DNA of 64,000 nt from Heterodontus francisci (GCF_036365525.1 NW_027141721.1:372001-436000); one strand, 5' to 3'. Positions 24,335-35,779 are shown, counted from the stretch's first letter. Made by a program: numbers and translations. Notes: a model not told the origin generated them from the letters alone.

Positions 24335-25330
24335 ACAGAGATAGGGAGCAGGGGGCTGGAGGACGTTACAGAGATAGGGAGGGTTGTTGGGGCTGGAGGA
24401 GGTTACAGAGATAAAGAGGGTTGGAGGGGCTGGAGGGGTTTCAGATATAGGGAGGGGTGTGGGGGCTGCATGAGGTTACAGAGATAGGGAGGGTTGTAGA
24501 GGCTGAAGGAGGTTACAGAGATAGGGAGGGGTGTAGGGTCTGGAGGAGGTAACAGAGATAGGGAGGGCTGTAGGTGCTGGAGGATGTTACAGAGATAGGC
24601 AGGGCTGTGGGTGCCGAACAATGTTACAGACATCAGGAGGGGTGTAGGGGCTGAAGGAGGTTACAGAGCTAGGGAGGGGTGTAGGGCCTGGAGAATGTTA
24701 CAGAGATAGGAAGGGGTGTCGGGGGCTGGAGGAAGTTACAGACATAGGTAGCGGTGTGGGGGGCTGGAGGATGTGACAGAGATAGGGAGGGGTGTAGGGG
24801 GCTGGAAGGGTTTACAAAGATAGGGATGGTTGTGTGTGCTGAAGGAGGTAACAGAGATATGGAGGGCTATAGGGTCTGGAGTATGTTACAGAGATAGGGA
24901 GGGCGGTAGTGGCTGGAGGATGTTACAGAGATAGAGAGGGGTGTAGGAGCTGGAGGAGGTAACTGAGATAGGGAGGGCTATCGGGTCTGGAGGATGTTAC
25001 AGAGATAGGGAGGGCTGTAGGGACTGGAAGATGTTACAGAGATGGGGAGGGGTATAGGAGCTGAAGGAGGTTACAGAGATAGGGAGTGGTGTAGGGGTTG
25101 AAGGATGTTACAGAGATAGGGAGGGTGTAGGGGCTGGAGGATGTTGCAGAGACAGGGATGGATGTGGGGTGCTGATGGATGTTACAGAGATAGGGAGGGT
25201 GCAGTGGCTGGAGGATGTTACAGAAATAGGGAGGGGTATATGAGCTGTCGGAGGTCACAGTGTTAGGCAGGGCTGTCGGGGCTGGAGGATGTTACAGAGA
25301 TAGGGAGGGTGGTAGGGGCTGGAGGAGGTT
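24335..25330. repeat. Minisatellite of about 33-35 bp in the J-C intron
   Basis: (GGAGGATGTTACAGAGATAGGGAGGGGTGTAGGGGCT)n. Confidence 0.9.
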
Positions 25331-26609
25331 GCCCGAGTCCCAGTCCAGAGCTGCAAGTCTATCATCCAGGGCAACACTACCTCCAGGACTGAGAGAAAAG
25401 CAGACTTAGAACCGGAGCTTGTAGGAAAGCGAGGGAGAGGTCGATGATCGAACAGAAACAAGGTAACAAGTAGAGAGGGGGCAAGCAGAGACAAACAACA
25501 GGGAAAAGGAAGAGGGTATGTAGAGAGAGAGTAAAGGATAAGAAATAAAGAGGATGAGGAACTTAGTGGCGGAAAGCTTTAACGAAAGAGAAATAAAGTG
25601 AGTTCACACAAGATGACACAAAGGATGAGAGACTTCAGTTAATGTGGAGAGACTGGAGGAGCTGGGATTGTTCTCCTGAAGAGAAAGTTCAGGGGAGATT
25701 TAGCAGAGACGTTTGCAATCGGTCATGGTTTTGACAGAGTAAATGAGGCGAAACTGTTTCCCGTGACACAAAGCAGTGAGCTGTTGTGATGTGGAATGCA
25801 TTGCCTGAAAGGGCAGTGGGATTCACTCATAGTATTACAAAGAGAATTGGGTCAACAGCTGAAGGGAAGGAATTACAGGTCGATAGCGATAGGGTGGGAA
25901 GGAACTGGGATCAATCAGACAGCTGTAGAAAGAAGCCAACCCTGGCACCATGGTCAATGGTCCAGAATTGTACTGCTCTCTCTGCCCGAATCTCTCTCTC
26001 TCTCTCCCTCTACCTGAATCTCTCTCTCCTTTCCTCTCTCAATCTCAGTAAATCTCTCCCTCTCTGATTCCTTCCCTCTCTCCCTGAATCTCTCCCTCTC
26101 TCTCTGAATCGCTCCCACTCTCTCTCTCTGAATCTCTCCCCCTCTCTCTCTCTTGGGTTCTCTCCCTCTCTCCCTGAATCTCTCCCTCTCTCTCTGAATC
26201 TCTCCCCCTCTCTCTCTTGGGTTCTCTCCCTCTCTCCCTGAATCTCTCCCTCTCTCTCTGAATTGCTCTCTCTCTCTCTAAATCTCTCTCTCTCTGAAAC
26301 ACACACCCCCGATCTGAATCGACCCCACTCTCTCTCCCTCTGCCTCTCTCTCTCTGAATTGCTCTCTCTCTGTCTCTAAATCTCTCTCTCTCTCTGAAAC
26401 ACACCCCCTCCCTCTGAATCGCTACCACTCTCTCTCTCTCTCTCTGCCTCTCTCTCTGAATCTCTCCCTCTCTCTCTAAATCACTCTCTCTCTCTCTGAA
26501 ACTATCTCTCTCTCTGTCTCTCATTCCCCCTCGGAGTGTTTCTCTCTCAATTTGTGATTCTCTCCCTGTGTTTCTCTCACTGGCTTTCTGTCTGCCTCTC
26601 TACTGCCTG

Positions 26610-26685
<76 letters not shown>

Positions 26686-27069
26686 CTGTTTATTTTTTCT
26701 CTCCGTTTCTTTCTCTCTCTCTCTTCCCTCTCTCTTTCTCTCTGTTTCTTTCCATCGATCTCTATCATCACTCTCTCGGTGTTTCTTTCCCTCTCTCTCT
26801 GTTTCTTTCCCTCGCTTTCTGCATCTTTCTCTCTCTTCTTCCATTTTTTCTCGCCATTTTTTCTATCTCACATTTTTCTCTGCTTATTTCCCTTTCTGTT
26901 TATTTCCCCCTCTCTGCACCAAAGAGGCACAATGATCAAATGGCCTCTTCCAACACAATAATAAGATTCCATCTGCTCAGACACGGTAAACTCAGAGATA
27001 TTATGGTGTGTACCGGCTCCTTTTGCTCCCCAACTCAACCTCCAGCACCGGGACTCGAGCATTACGTAC

Positions 27070-27118
27070 CCAGAACGGCGAGTCGGGTCCTCCCTCCGAA
27101 GGTAGATGGATCGTTCAC
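27070..27118 (-). other. TRBJ: TCR beta J segment (FGGR variant)
   Basis: VNDPSTFGGRTRLAVL + G, then a GTACGT donor. 12-RSS: heptamer CACAGAG 27119-27125, 12 bp, nonamer ATTGAAACC 27138-27146. Confidence 0.8.
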
Positions 27119-27386
27119 CACAGAGAGTGAACCCACCATTGAAACCCCCCTCCCCCAGCAAGCCTCTCGCCTTGCCTGGGCAGTTTGCTGTCTCTTCAGG
27201 GGGCATGTGCCCCATGAGATGGTCAACTCAGGATTCAGTCTGCTCCTGCCTGTCCTGACAGTGCAGGCGCATGCTGCAGGGGTGGGGAGATCCTGGGCAC
27301 TGGGGCAGGCAGTCGGGTAGACTGTGAGAAGGGCAAGCAGACGGTGGAGTTCCTGCACGGGGTGAGCACAGGAATGTAACACGGTG

Positions 27387-27400
27387 CTATACTGACCTCC
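27387..27400 (-). other. TRBD: TCR beta D segment (GGAGGTCAGTATAG) with 12/23 RSS
   Basis: 5' RSS: TTTTATTGA, 12 bp ending TGTAA, CATCGTG (27401-27428). 3' RSS: CACCGTG 27380-27386, 23 bp, GCAGGAACT 27348-27356. Confidence 0.75.
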
Positions 27401-29138
27401 CACGATGTTACAAAGCAGTTCAATAAAACCTCTCCCCCCCCCCTCTCTCTCTCTCTCTCATTTTCTGTCCGTTTATCTCTCACTTCAAATTTCCCTTTTA
27501 ATCACGTGTCCTTCCCTTTTCCGAGTTATTATCCCATTGGAGGTCTCCTGTTTCCATAAACACTTTCTCTCCTCCATATTGTAATCTTCTTCTCCCTGTA
27601 TAAGTCTCTTGACAAGTCTTTCTCTCTCTGTGACTCCATTCCTGTCTCTGTCTGTCTTTCTCTCACTCTCTATCTCTCCCCGTCCCTCTGAAACCCTNNN
27701 NNNNNNNNNNNNNNNNNNNNNNNNNNNNNNNNNNNNNNNNNNNNNNNNNNNNNNNNNNNNNNNNNNNNNNNNNNNNNNNNNNNNNNNNNNNNNNNNNNNN
27801 NNNNNNNNNNNNNNNNNNNNNNNNNNNNNNNNNNNNNNNNNNNNNNNNNNNNNNNNNNNNNNNNNNNNNNNNNNNNNNNNCTTTGTCTTGATCTCTGTTT
27901 TGCTTCTCTCTCTCTATCTTTGCCTGTCTCTGATGTTCTTCCTTTTCTCTCTCAGCATCACATCTCTCACTGTCTCTCGTTCTCTGCCTCTCTTTGTCTC
28001 TTTCTGTCTCTCCCAGTCTCTCCATCTCTGTCTCGCTATTTCACTCTATCTCTCTTTCTGTGTCTAAAACTATCACACTATATCTCTGTCTATCTGTCTC
28101 TGACTGTCTGTCTGTCTGTCTCTCTCTGTTTGGCTGTCTTTCTGTCTCTCCCTCTGTCTCTCTGTTTGCCTGTCTCTCTCTCTCTCTCTGTCCCTGTCTC
28201 TCCCTCTGCTTCTTTCTCTTGTTCTCTGTTTACCTTTACTCTTTCTCTCCCTTTCTCTCTCTCTATCTTTGCCTGTCTCTGACGTTCTTCTTTCTTCTCT
28301 CTGCCTCTCACTCTCTCACTGTCTCTGTCTGCCTCTCTCTCTGTCTCTCTCTTTCGCTCTATCTCTCCATCTGTCTCACTACCTCACTCCGTCTCTCTTT
28401 CTCGGCCTCACGCTATTTCACGCGATCTCTGTCTGCTGTCTCTCTCGGTCTCTCTCGCTGACTCTCTCTGCCTCTTTGTCTTGTTCTCTGTATCCTTCCT
28501 CCCTTTACTCTTTCTCTCCCTTTCTCTCTGTCTATCTTTGCCTGTCTCTGACGTTCTTTTTCCCCCTCTCTTCCTCTTTGACTCTCACTGTCTCTGTCTG
28601 CCCCTCTCCCTGCCTCTCTCTCTCTCCGNNNNNNNNNNNNNNNNNNNNNNNNNNNNNNNNNNNNNNNNNNNNNNNNNNNNNNNNNNNNNNNNNNNNNNNN
28701 NNNNNNNNNNNNNNNNNNNNNNNNNNNNNNNNNNNNNNNNNNNNNNNNNNNNNNNNNNNNNNNNNNNNNNNNNNNNNNNNNNTCACTCTCTCTCTGCCTC
28801 TCTCTATCTCTTTCTCTCTGTCTCTCTCTCTCGCTCGCTCTCTGTCTGCCTCTCACTCTTTGCCACTCTCTCTCTCTCTGCCCCATCTCTCTTTCTGACT
28901 CTCTGTCTTGTTGTTTTCCTCCTTCCCTTTACTCTTTCTCTCCCTTTCTCTCTCTCTATCTCTGACGTTCTTCCTTCTCCTCTCTGCCTCTCACTCTTTC
29001 ACTGTCTCTGTCTGCCTCGCTCTCTGTTTCTTTCTTTCTCTCTGTCTCTCCATCTGTCGCACTACCTCAACTGTTTCCCTTGCTGTGCCTGACACAATCT
29101 CACTCTATCTCTGTCTACTGTCTCTCTCTGTCTATCTG

Positions 29139-29180
<42 letters not shown>

Positions 29181-30076
29181 CCTCCCTCCGTCTCTCTGTC
29201 TGCCCCCTCTCTCTTTCTTTTCTCTCTCTTCTCCCCTGTCTCTCTCTGTCNNNNNNNNNNNNNNNNNNNNNNNNNNNNNNNNNNNNNNNNNNNNNNNNNN
29301 NNNNNNNNNNNNNNNNNNNNNNNNNNNNNNNNNNNNNNNNNNNNNNNNNNNNNNNNNNNNNNNNNNNNNNNNNNNNNNNNNNNNNNNNNNNNNNNNNNNN
29401 NNNNNNNNNNNNNNNNNNNNNNNNNNNNNNNNNNNNNNNNNNNNNNNNNNNNNNNNNNNNNNNNNNNNNNNNNNNNNNNNGTCTTGTTCTCGCTTTCCCT
29501 TCCTTCCTTTACTCTTTCTCTCCTTTCTCTCTCTCTATCTTTGCCTTTCTCTGACATTCTAACTTCTCTCTGCCTCTCACTCTCTCACTGTCTCTGTCTG
29601 CCTCTCTCTCTGTTTCTCTCTTTGTCTCTATCTCTCCATTTGTCTCACTACCTCATCTGTCTCTCTTTCTGTGCCTAACACTATTTCACTCGGTCTCTGT
29701 CTACTGTCTCTTCTCTGTCTCTCGCTCCCTCTGTCTCTCTGTTTGTCTCTCTCTCTCTTCCGTTCACTCTCGCTCTGTCCCTCTTGCTCTCTGCCTCTTT
29801 GTCTTGTTCTCTGTTTTCCTTCCGCCCTTTACTCTTTCCCTCCTTTTCCTCCTCTTTCGTTGCCTGTCTCTGACGTTCTTCTTTTTTCTCACTCTGGCTA
29901 TCAGCCTCTCACTGTCTCTGTCTGCCTCTCTTTCTCTCTGTCTCTCTCTTTCTCTCTGTCTCTCCATCTGTCTCATTACCTCACTCTGTCTCTCTTTCTG
30001 TGCCTAATACTATCTCACTCTATCTCTGTCTACTTTCCATCTCTGTCTACTTTCTCTCTCCATCGCTCTCTCTCTG

Positions 30077-30117
<41 letters not shown>

Positions 30118-30720
30118 CTCTCGCATTCACTCCATCTCTGTCTCTCTGCCTCACTCTGTCTCTCTTTTTCAAACGCTATATTCCTCGAACTCCGTCTATC
30201 TGTCTCTCTCTCTGTCTCTGTGGGTCTCTGTCTCTGTGTTTCTCTCTATATATGTCACTTTCTCTGCCTTTCTCTCTCTCAGTCTCTCTCTCTCTGTCTC
30301 TCTCTCCCTTTCTCAGTCTCTCGCAGTCACTCCATCTGTGTCTCTCTGCCTCACTCTGTCTCTGTCTTTCAAACGCTATATTACTCGATCTCCATCTATC
30401 TGTCTCTCTCTCTGTCTCTGTGGGTCTTTGTCTCTATGTTCCTCACTCTATGTATCTCTTTCTCTGCCTTTCTCTCTCTCTCTTGCCTCTCTATCTCTCC
30501 CTGTCTCCCTCTATCTCTCTATCTGTCCCTCCCCTCCCCACCCTATCACAGACTGTCTCTTTTGCATTTCTTCACGCTCAAACATCCATTTAAGTTGCTC
30601 AAAACGCTTCTCATGTTTGCCGGTTCTGATGTGAAGCGGTAGCTCTGTTTTACTCTCTGCAGATCCTGCCTGATGCACTGAGGATTTCTAACATTTCATG
30701 TTCTTGTTGCTGAAATCCCA

Positions 30721-31118
30721 TCTACTGCTGCCGCCTGTTGGTGGGCAATGACAGCTGCACCTCCATCTACTGCTGCTCCCTGTTGGTGGGCAATGACAGC
30801 TGCACCTCCCTCTACTGCTGCTCCCTGTTGGTGGGCACTGAGAGCTGCACGTCCATCGACTGCTGCCCCCTTTTTGGTGGGCAGAGAGCTGCACCTCCGT
30901 CTACTGCTGCCCTCTGTTGGTAGACAAAGAGAGCTGCACCTCCAGCTACTGCTACCCCCTTTTGGTGGGCAATGCGAGCTGAACCTCCATCTACTGCTGC
31001 CCCCTGTTGGTGGGCAATGAGAGCTGCACCTCCATCTACTGCTTCCCCCTGTTGGTTGGCAATGAGAGCTGCACCTCCAGCAACTGCTCCCCCTAATTGC
31101 GGGAAACGGGTACTGCGA
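30721..31118 (-). promoter_or_regulatory. Second array of about nine 45-bp units with CTCF core plus upstream motif
   Basis: Minus-strand unit TGCAGCTCT-CATTGC-CCACCAACAGGGGGCAGCAGTAGATGGAGG. Lies between the upstream V genes and the D segment. Confidence 0.7.
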
Positions 31119-31173
31119 AAAGATAAATGTTGAATGTCAACACAAAAAGTTACGTGGGAAAAAGATCCCTTAC

Positions 31174-31210
31174 ATTGAAATAATACTATCAGATTCAGTA
31201 ACAGATACAT
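31174..31210 (-). pseudogene. Orphan V leader exon (MYLLLNLIVLFQ), no V exon downstream
   Basis: Same 37-nt length, AAGATGTATCTG start and GTAAG donor as family A leaders. The CTCF array starts about 55 bp later. Confidence 0.75.
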
Positions 31211-31829
31211 CTTCTACTGGAAGCTGTGTTTGTAATCTGTAAATCAGTGGAAACAAGAGCTTTGAGTCCTGTGAGGAGCTACATGAAGACTGAAGTAAGT
31301 GATTTGGTTTTCACAACTCCTTCCTCCCTGATTGGAAGCCACACCCCTGTCTCTCTGTTTGGCTGCAAGTATAAGTTGTTGGTGCGTTTGTTGCTCTTAG
31401 TCTCCTGCTGAAGTTGTTGCTGCATTTGTTGCTGGTAGTCTCCAGCTGAAGTTGTTGCATTCTTTGGTGCTAGTCGCCTGCTGAAGTTGCTGCTGCATTT
31501 GTTGGTGTTTTTTCCTGAAGTTGTTATTGTATTCGTTGGTGTTAATCTTTCTCTCTCCCTCTGTCTTGCTCTGTCCGTCTCTCCATCTCTCTCTCGTGTC
31601 CCTTTAAGATCTTAGGATGCTAATAAGATAAATTCCAGCACGTAGTCACGTGACTCGTAGCCAGTGTCACTCTGTAACTGGAACACCTACAGGCAGGTCC
31701 TGTAAATAGTTAGCTCAGCACTGTGTATTATAGTTCAGCTGTAAATAGACTTGTTTGTGATCTTCAACCAACTGGACTCCACGCTTCTCATTTATGTTGC
31801 ATCACACACAACATTATGAACTCACAACA

Positions 31830-32495
31830 CTAACAGCTAATATGCAGGTGCAGCAAGCAATTCCGAAGGCGAATGGTATGCTGGCCTTCATTGTAATGGG
31901 ATTTAAGTACAGGTGTAAAAATGTCTTGTTGCAATTGTATAGAACCTTGATGCGACTGCACCTCTCGTATTGTGTACAGTTTTGCTCTCCTTATCGAAGG
32001 AAGGATATACTTGCCAAAGAGAGAATGCAGCAGAGATTCACCAAAATAATCCCTGGCAGGGTGGATTTGTTTTACGAAGAGCGATTACAGAAACTGGGTC
32101 TGTATTCTCTGGAGTTCCAAAGAATAAGAGGTGATCGCATTGAAACTTACAAAATTCTGACAAGACGTGACACGACGGATGTGGATAGCGTATTCAGTCT
32201 GGAATCAGGATACACTGTCTCCGAATAAGGTGCAGGCCATTGAAGACTGAGATGAGGAGGAATTTCTTTAACTGAGATAGTTGTGAATCTTTGGAATTCT
32301 CTACCCAAGAGAGCTTTCGAAGCTGACTACATTGAGCATGTTCGAGACAGAAAACGATTGATTTCTAGATACTAATGACATCAAGGGAGATGGGGATAGT
32401 GGGGGGAAATGACTCAGAGGTAGGTGATCAGCCATGAGTCGGTTCGATGAGCCAAATGGCCTACTCCTTCTCCTATCCCCTATGTTCCTATGTTG
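31830..32495 (+). mobile_element. Decayed CR1-clade LINE 3' fragment
   Basis: ORF 31794-32228 has KANGMLAFI, LYRTLMRLHLSYCVQF and GLYSLE. Confidence 0.85.
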
Positions 32496-32844
32496 TGTCC
32501 TGAATAAGCAGGGAGCAGGCTGTTGTGTGTTTGACGGTCCTAGAGCGCTCTCTGCTGTCCCTGTGGAGAATGAAGATAGTGTCAGGAGATGAAACCTAAA
32601 TGCTTTTAGTGATCATTCCTTCCTGATATTTACATCTTCTCAATTTGGGGTTCATCACCTTTAGTCATTCATAGAAAGACAGAAGGTTTTAGGGAACAGA
32701 AGCAGGCTATTAGTGACATCTTTAACAGTGCCTCTATATTTATTCTCTCACTTTTATTCTCATGGGTCCCTTCTTATTGTCACAAACACCATCGCCCTGC
32801 ACAAAAATCAAGTCTCTGTACAGCGCAACTTTATCTCCCACAGG

Positions 32845-33071
32845 TAGTGGTGGGACTCTGGAGGACAGTCTGTGAGTTCACATCTAGGAAAGAGATGGGT
32901 CGAAAATGACGCCAGGACACTCTGGATTATCGAGGAAGAAGGATGGAAGGGAGGAATGAAAGCGTCAAGGAGAGAAGGAAATTATAAAGTAAAGAAAATT
33001 ATTAAGCAGCATTATTTTTCATTAAGTTCCTTATGGTGGGAGATGGTCATCAGACCCAGTAACAGATACAT
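32845..33071 (-). pseudogene. TRBV: Family A V remnant with internal deletion
   Basis: Leader 33035-33071 has a GT>AT donor. The V exon start (VNSQTVLQSPT) runs directly into post-RSS flank (CCTGTGGGAGATAA); the rest of the V and the RSS are missing. Confidence 0.75.
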
Positions 33072-33704
33072 CTTTAACTGGACCTTTCCCTATTCATCAA
33101 GTCATCTTTACAAACCATTGAGGAAAGCAAGGTAGTAAGGGACGTTTGGTCACGCCCCCTTCTCTCATTCAACCAATCGGAATTAGCATGGTTGTCAATT
33201 CGCAATTGCTCTTTTTGTATTTGCCAATCAGAAACGCGGATCTCCACATCTGAATTTCCCAATTGGATACAAGAGCCTGAGCGAAACTGTCACATGTGGA
33301 TGGCTCTTCAGATGTAACAGGCTCGATGGGGCTGAATGGCCTCACCCATTTCCTATTTAACAGATTCGAGGTGCTGAATGGGCCTCCTCCTGTACCTGTG
33401 CAGACTGAGGGGGGGAACTGAATCGGCCTCCTCTTGCTCCTGTGCAACAGGCTCAATGGGGCTGAATGGCTTACTCCTGTTCATACTAATAGGCTCAAGG
33501 GGGACTAAGTACCCTTCTCCAATTCCTACGAACAAGCTCTACATTGATCAATAGCCTCCTCCTGTTTGTGCGCAATGAGGCAGGGGAGTAATTGGCCTCC
33601 TCATGTTCCTTTGTAAGAGGCTCTAAAAGACTGAGAGACCTCCTCCTGAATTCTTCATAAACAGTTTTCCAGGCAGTTGTGTGTTACTGGTCCTTTAGGG
33701 CCCT

Positions 33705-34115
33705 CTTCTTGGAGAAATTCGCTGTGATGCATTTTGGCTGAAGGGATAGGCAAAGGCAATATAGACTAAAAGGCAGATTTTGAAAGAGTTTGCAAGGAAC
33801 AGTGGACCTGAGGCTGCATGTGCATCGATCTTTGAAGGTGGCAGGGCATGTTGAGAGAGTGGTTAGTAAAGCAGATGGGATCCTGATCTTCATAAATGGA
33901 GGTATTGAGTACAAAAGCAGTGAACCTTTATAAAGCTCTGGTTAGGCTCCAGCTGGAGTATTGCGTCCAGTTCTGGCCACCACACTTAAGGGAGAATGTG
34001 TGGCTCCTTATTAGGGTGCAGAGCATATTTACGAGATTTGCAAAATGATCTCCTCCTGTTTCTATGTAAGGGGACAAAGGGGCTGAATGGCCTACTCCTC
34101 TTCCTTTGTTCCTAA
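33705..34115 (+). mobile_element. Decayed CR1 fragment
   Basis: TATAAAGCTCTGGTTAGGCTCCAGCTGGAGTATTGCGTCCAGTTCTGG translates to YKALVRLQLEYCVQFW. Confidence 0.75.
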
Positions 34116-34466
34116 CAAAGAGAGTTGTGTGTTTGATCATCTGAGTGAAAGAAGACACCGTGTTAGTGGATAAAACCCCAATCTTTTTCCTGATATTCTC
34201 TCCTGATAGTTAAAACCTCAGTGTGGTGCCACCCTTCTTAATCTTTCATAGAAAGATAGAAAACTTATCAGCACAGAAAGAGGCCAGACTCTTCGCCTCT
34301 GCACCTGTGCTCTCAATTTTATTCTCACCCGTCTATTCTTACTGTCAAAAATATGATGGCCCTGCATCAATTCAAGTGGAAATACCGCGCTATTGTATGT
34401 CCAACAGGTGTTTCCTGCTGCCTTTGGGGTTTTTGTTGACCTGCTCCAGCTCTCTGAGTCACTGTG

Positions 34467-34921
34467 AAGACTCCAGGCACAGAAATACACGGCCGAGTGA
34501 TTCTCCCGCAGGCTGGAGGACTCCAGGTTGAACTGGGTGCTAGTCGGTCTCTCGGCAGTGAAACCGTCCACCGCCTTCTCTGGACTTTTGTGATTAGTAC
34601 CCGTGGAGTAAAACATAACCTGAGGCTCCTTCCCCGGGTATTGTCTGTACCAGATCAAGGGAAGAGTACTGCTCCCCTCCACAGTGCACTTCAGTTCCAC
34701 TTCCTCCCCCACAACTCTGGAGACAGCGGCAGGAGTCTGGAGGATAGTCTGCGAGTTCACACCTGGGAGAGTGTGGGGAAGAGGAAGAGTTCAGTAAACA
34801 GGGGATTTCTAGGAAATTAAAAGGAAGGGGGAATGAGTAAAGGAAGGTTATGAGAGAAAATGTTGGTATTTCAGACTCACTCACAGTGAAAAAGGATTAT
34901 CAGAGCCAATGACTGATACAT
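34467..34921 (-). CDS. TRBV: TCR beta V segment, family A (V6), apparently functional
   Basis: Leader 34885-34921 (MYQSLALIILFH, GTGAG). V exon 34467-34762. RSS: CACAGTG 34460-34466, 23 bp, ACAAAAACC 34428-34436. Confidence 0.92.
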
Positions 34922-35779
34922 CTTCCCCTTGAAGCTGTTCTCGAAGTAAGCAAAGCAGCGAGAACCAGAGTGTAAGCCTTGTGAGGGTCCAAACCTGCTC
35001 TTTACAAATCATTGAGGAAAATATGAAGAGCATGAGGAAGTGATGCAGTGTTGGACACGCCCCCTTCCACCACCCAACCAATCAGAATAGACGTGGTTGC
35101 TTCTGATGGTTGAGTGACTGGAGTAAGTGTTGTTAACATCCCCAACAAGGGTGTCTGTTACTCAATTTTTAATTTACTGATTAGAATTCTCCAATTGAAC
35201 ATATCCAGATTCCCAACGAGCCTTATCGGCATTCCCACATTAGCCACATGTAGATTTCCAATTTATAGACATCTGGATTCCAGATTATCCACACCTTCAT
35301 CCCCGAATAGCCAGAGGTCGATGCCGTGTGTCTCCTGGCAAACGTTGTAAGCAGCACTGGCCTGAGGCAAGTAGGTGCAACACCATCTGTGTGGCACTGG
35401 GCTCCTTACCTATTCTGCAGCAGGGCTATGCACATTACTGGGCCATTGGCAAGTTTAAGTTGCACTGGGTGTGCCGGTGCCTGAACCCGTGTAAACTGGG
35501 CATCAGCCTAGGCCTCTGGCTTATTATCGCAGTGACATTGCAACTAAGCCATTGTTACCCTTGGACCAGGGACGGTTCAAGAGACATTTACCAGAATGGT
35601 GCCATGGTTGAGAGACGGTTGTTATGTGGAGAGACTGGAGACGCTGGGACAGTTTTCCTGGATCAGAGCAAGCTAATGGGATGTTTTAACCCTGGAGGTA
35701 CAGCCGTTCGATAGAGTAGTTAGGGAGAAATGATATCCCCTGGCAGGAGCTTCAGAAGGTAGAAACTTCACATATAGCA

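Larger units (their letters stand above)
21677..30540. repeat. Extensive degenerate (CT)n/(CTGT)n low-complexity tracts with several N gaps
   Basis: Tracts at 21677-23390, 25990-26860 and 27610-30540. N runs at 21476-21676, 22369-22553, 22818-23056, 23075-23207, 27698-27880, 28629-28782 and 29251-29480. Confidence 0.9.

Noticed and set aside
24335-25330. G-rich tandem repeat as an Ig switch-like region
   Set aside because: It is not AGCT-dense, the locus is a TCR, and it looks like an ordinary minisatellite.
25378-25470. Possible second J (SGSKSAFLSVL + GTAG, nonamer-like TGTTTCTGT)
   Set aside because: No FGxG motif, no heptamer at 12 bp, and the donor is out of phase. Too degenerate to call.
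26868-27215. ORF ending ...SEQMESYYCVG, suggesting an Ig V domain or germline-joined VJ
   Set aside because: No first Cys/Trp at V spacing. The region is better explained by the D-J interval and the J in another frame.
21376-30642. Long ORFs (for example 662 aa at 21405-23393) rich in S/L/C or R/E
   Set aside because: They are translations of (CT)n/(GA)n tracts and N gaps, not genes.
31620-31812. Possible solo-LTR fragment ending ACAACA
   Set aside because: No clear 5' terminus or target-site duplication.
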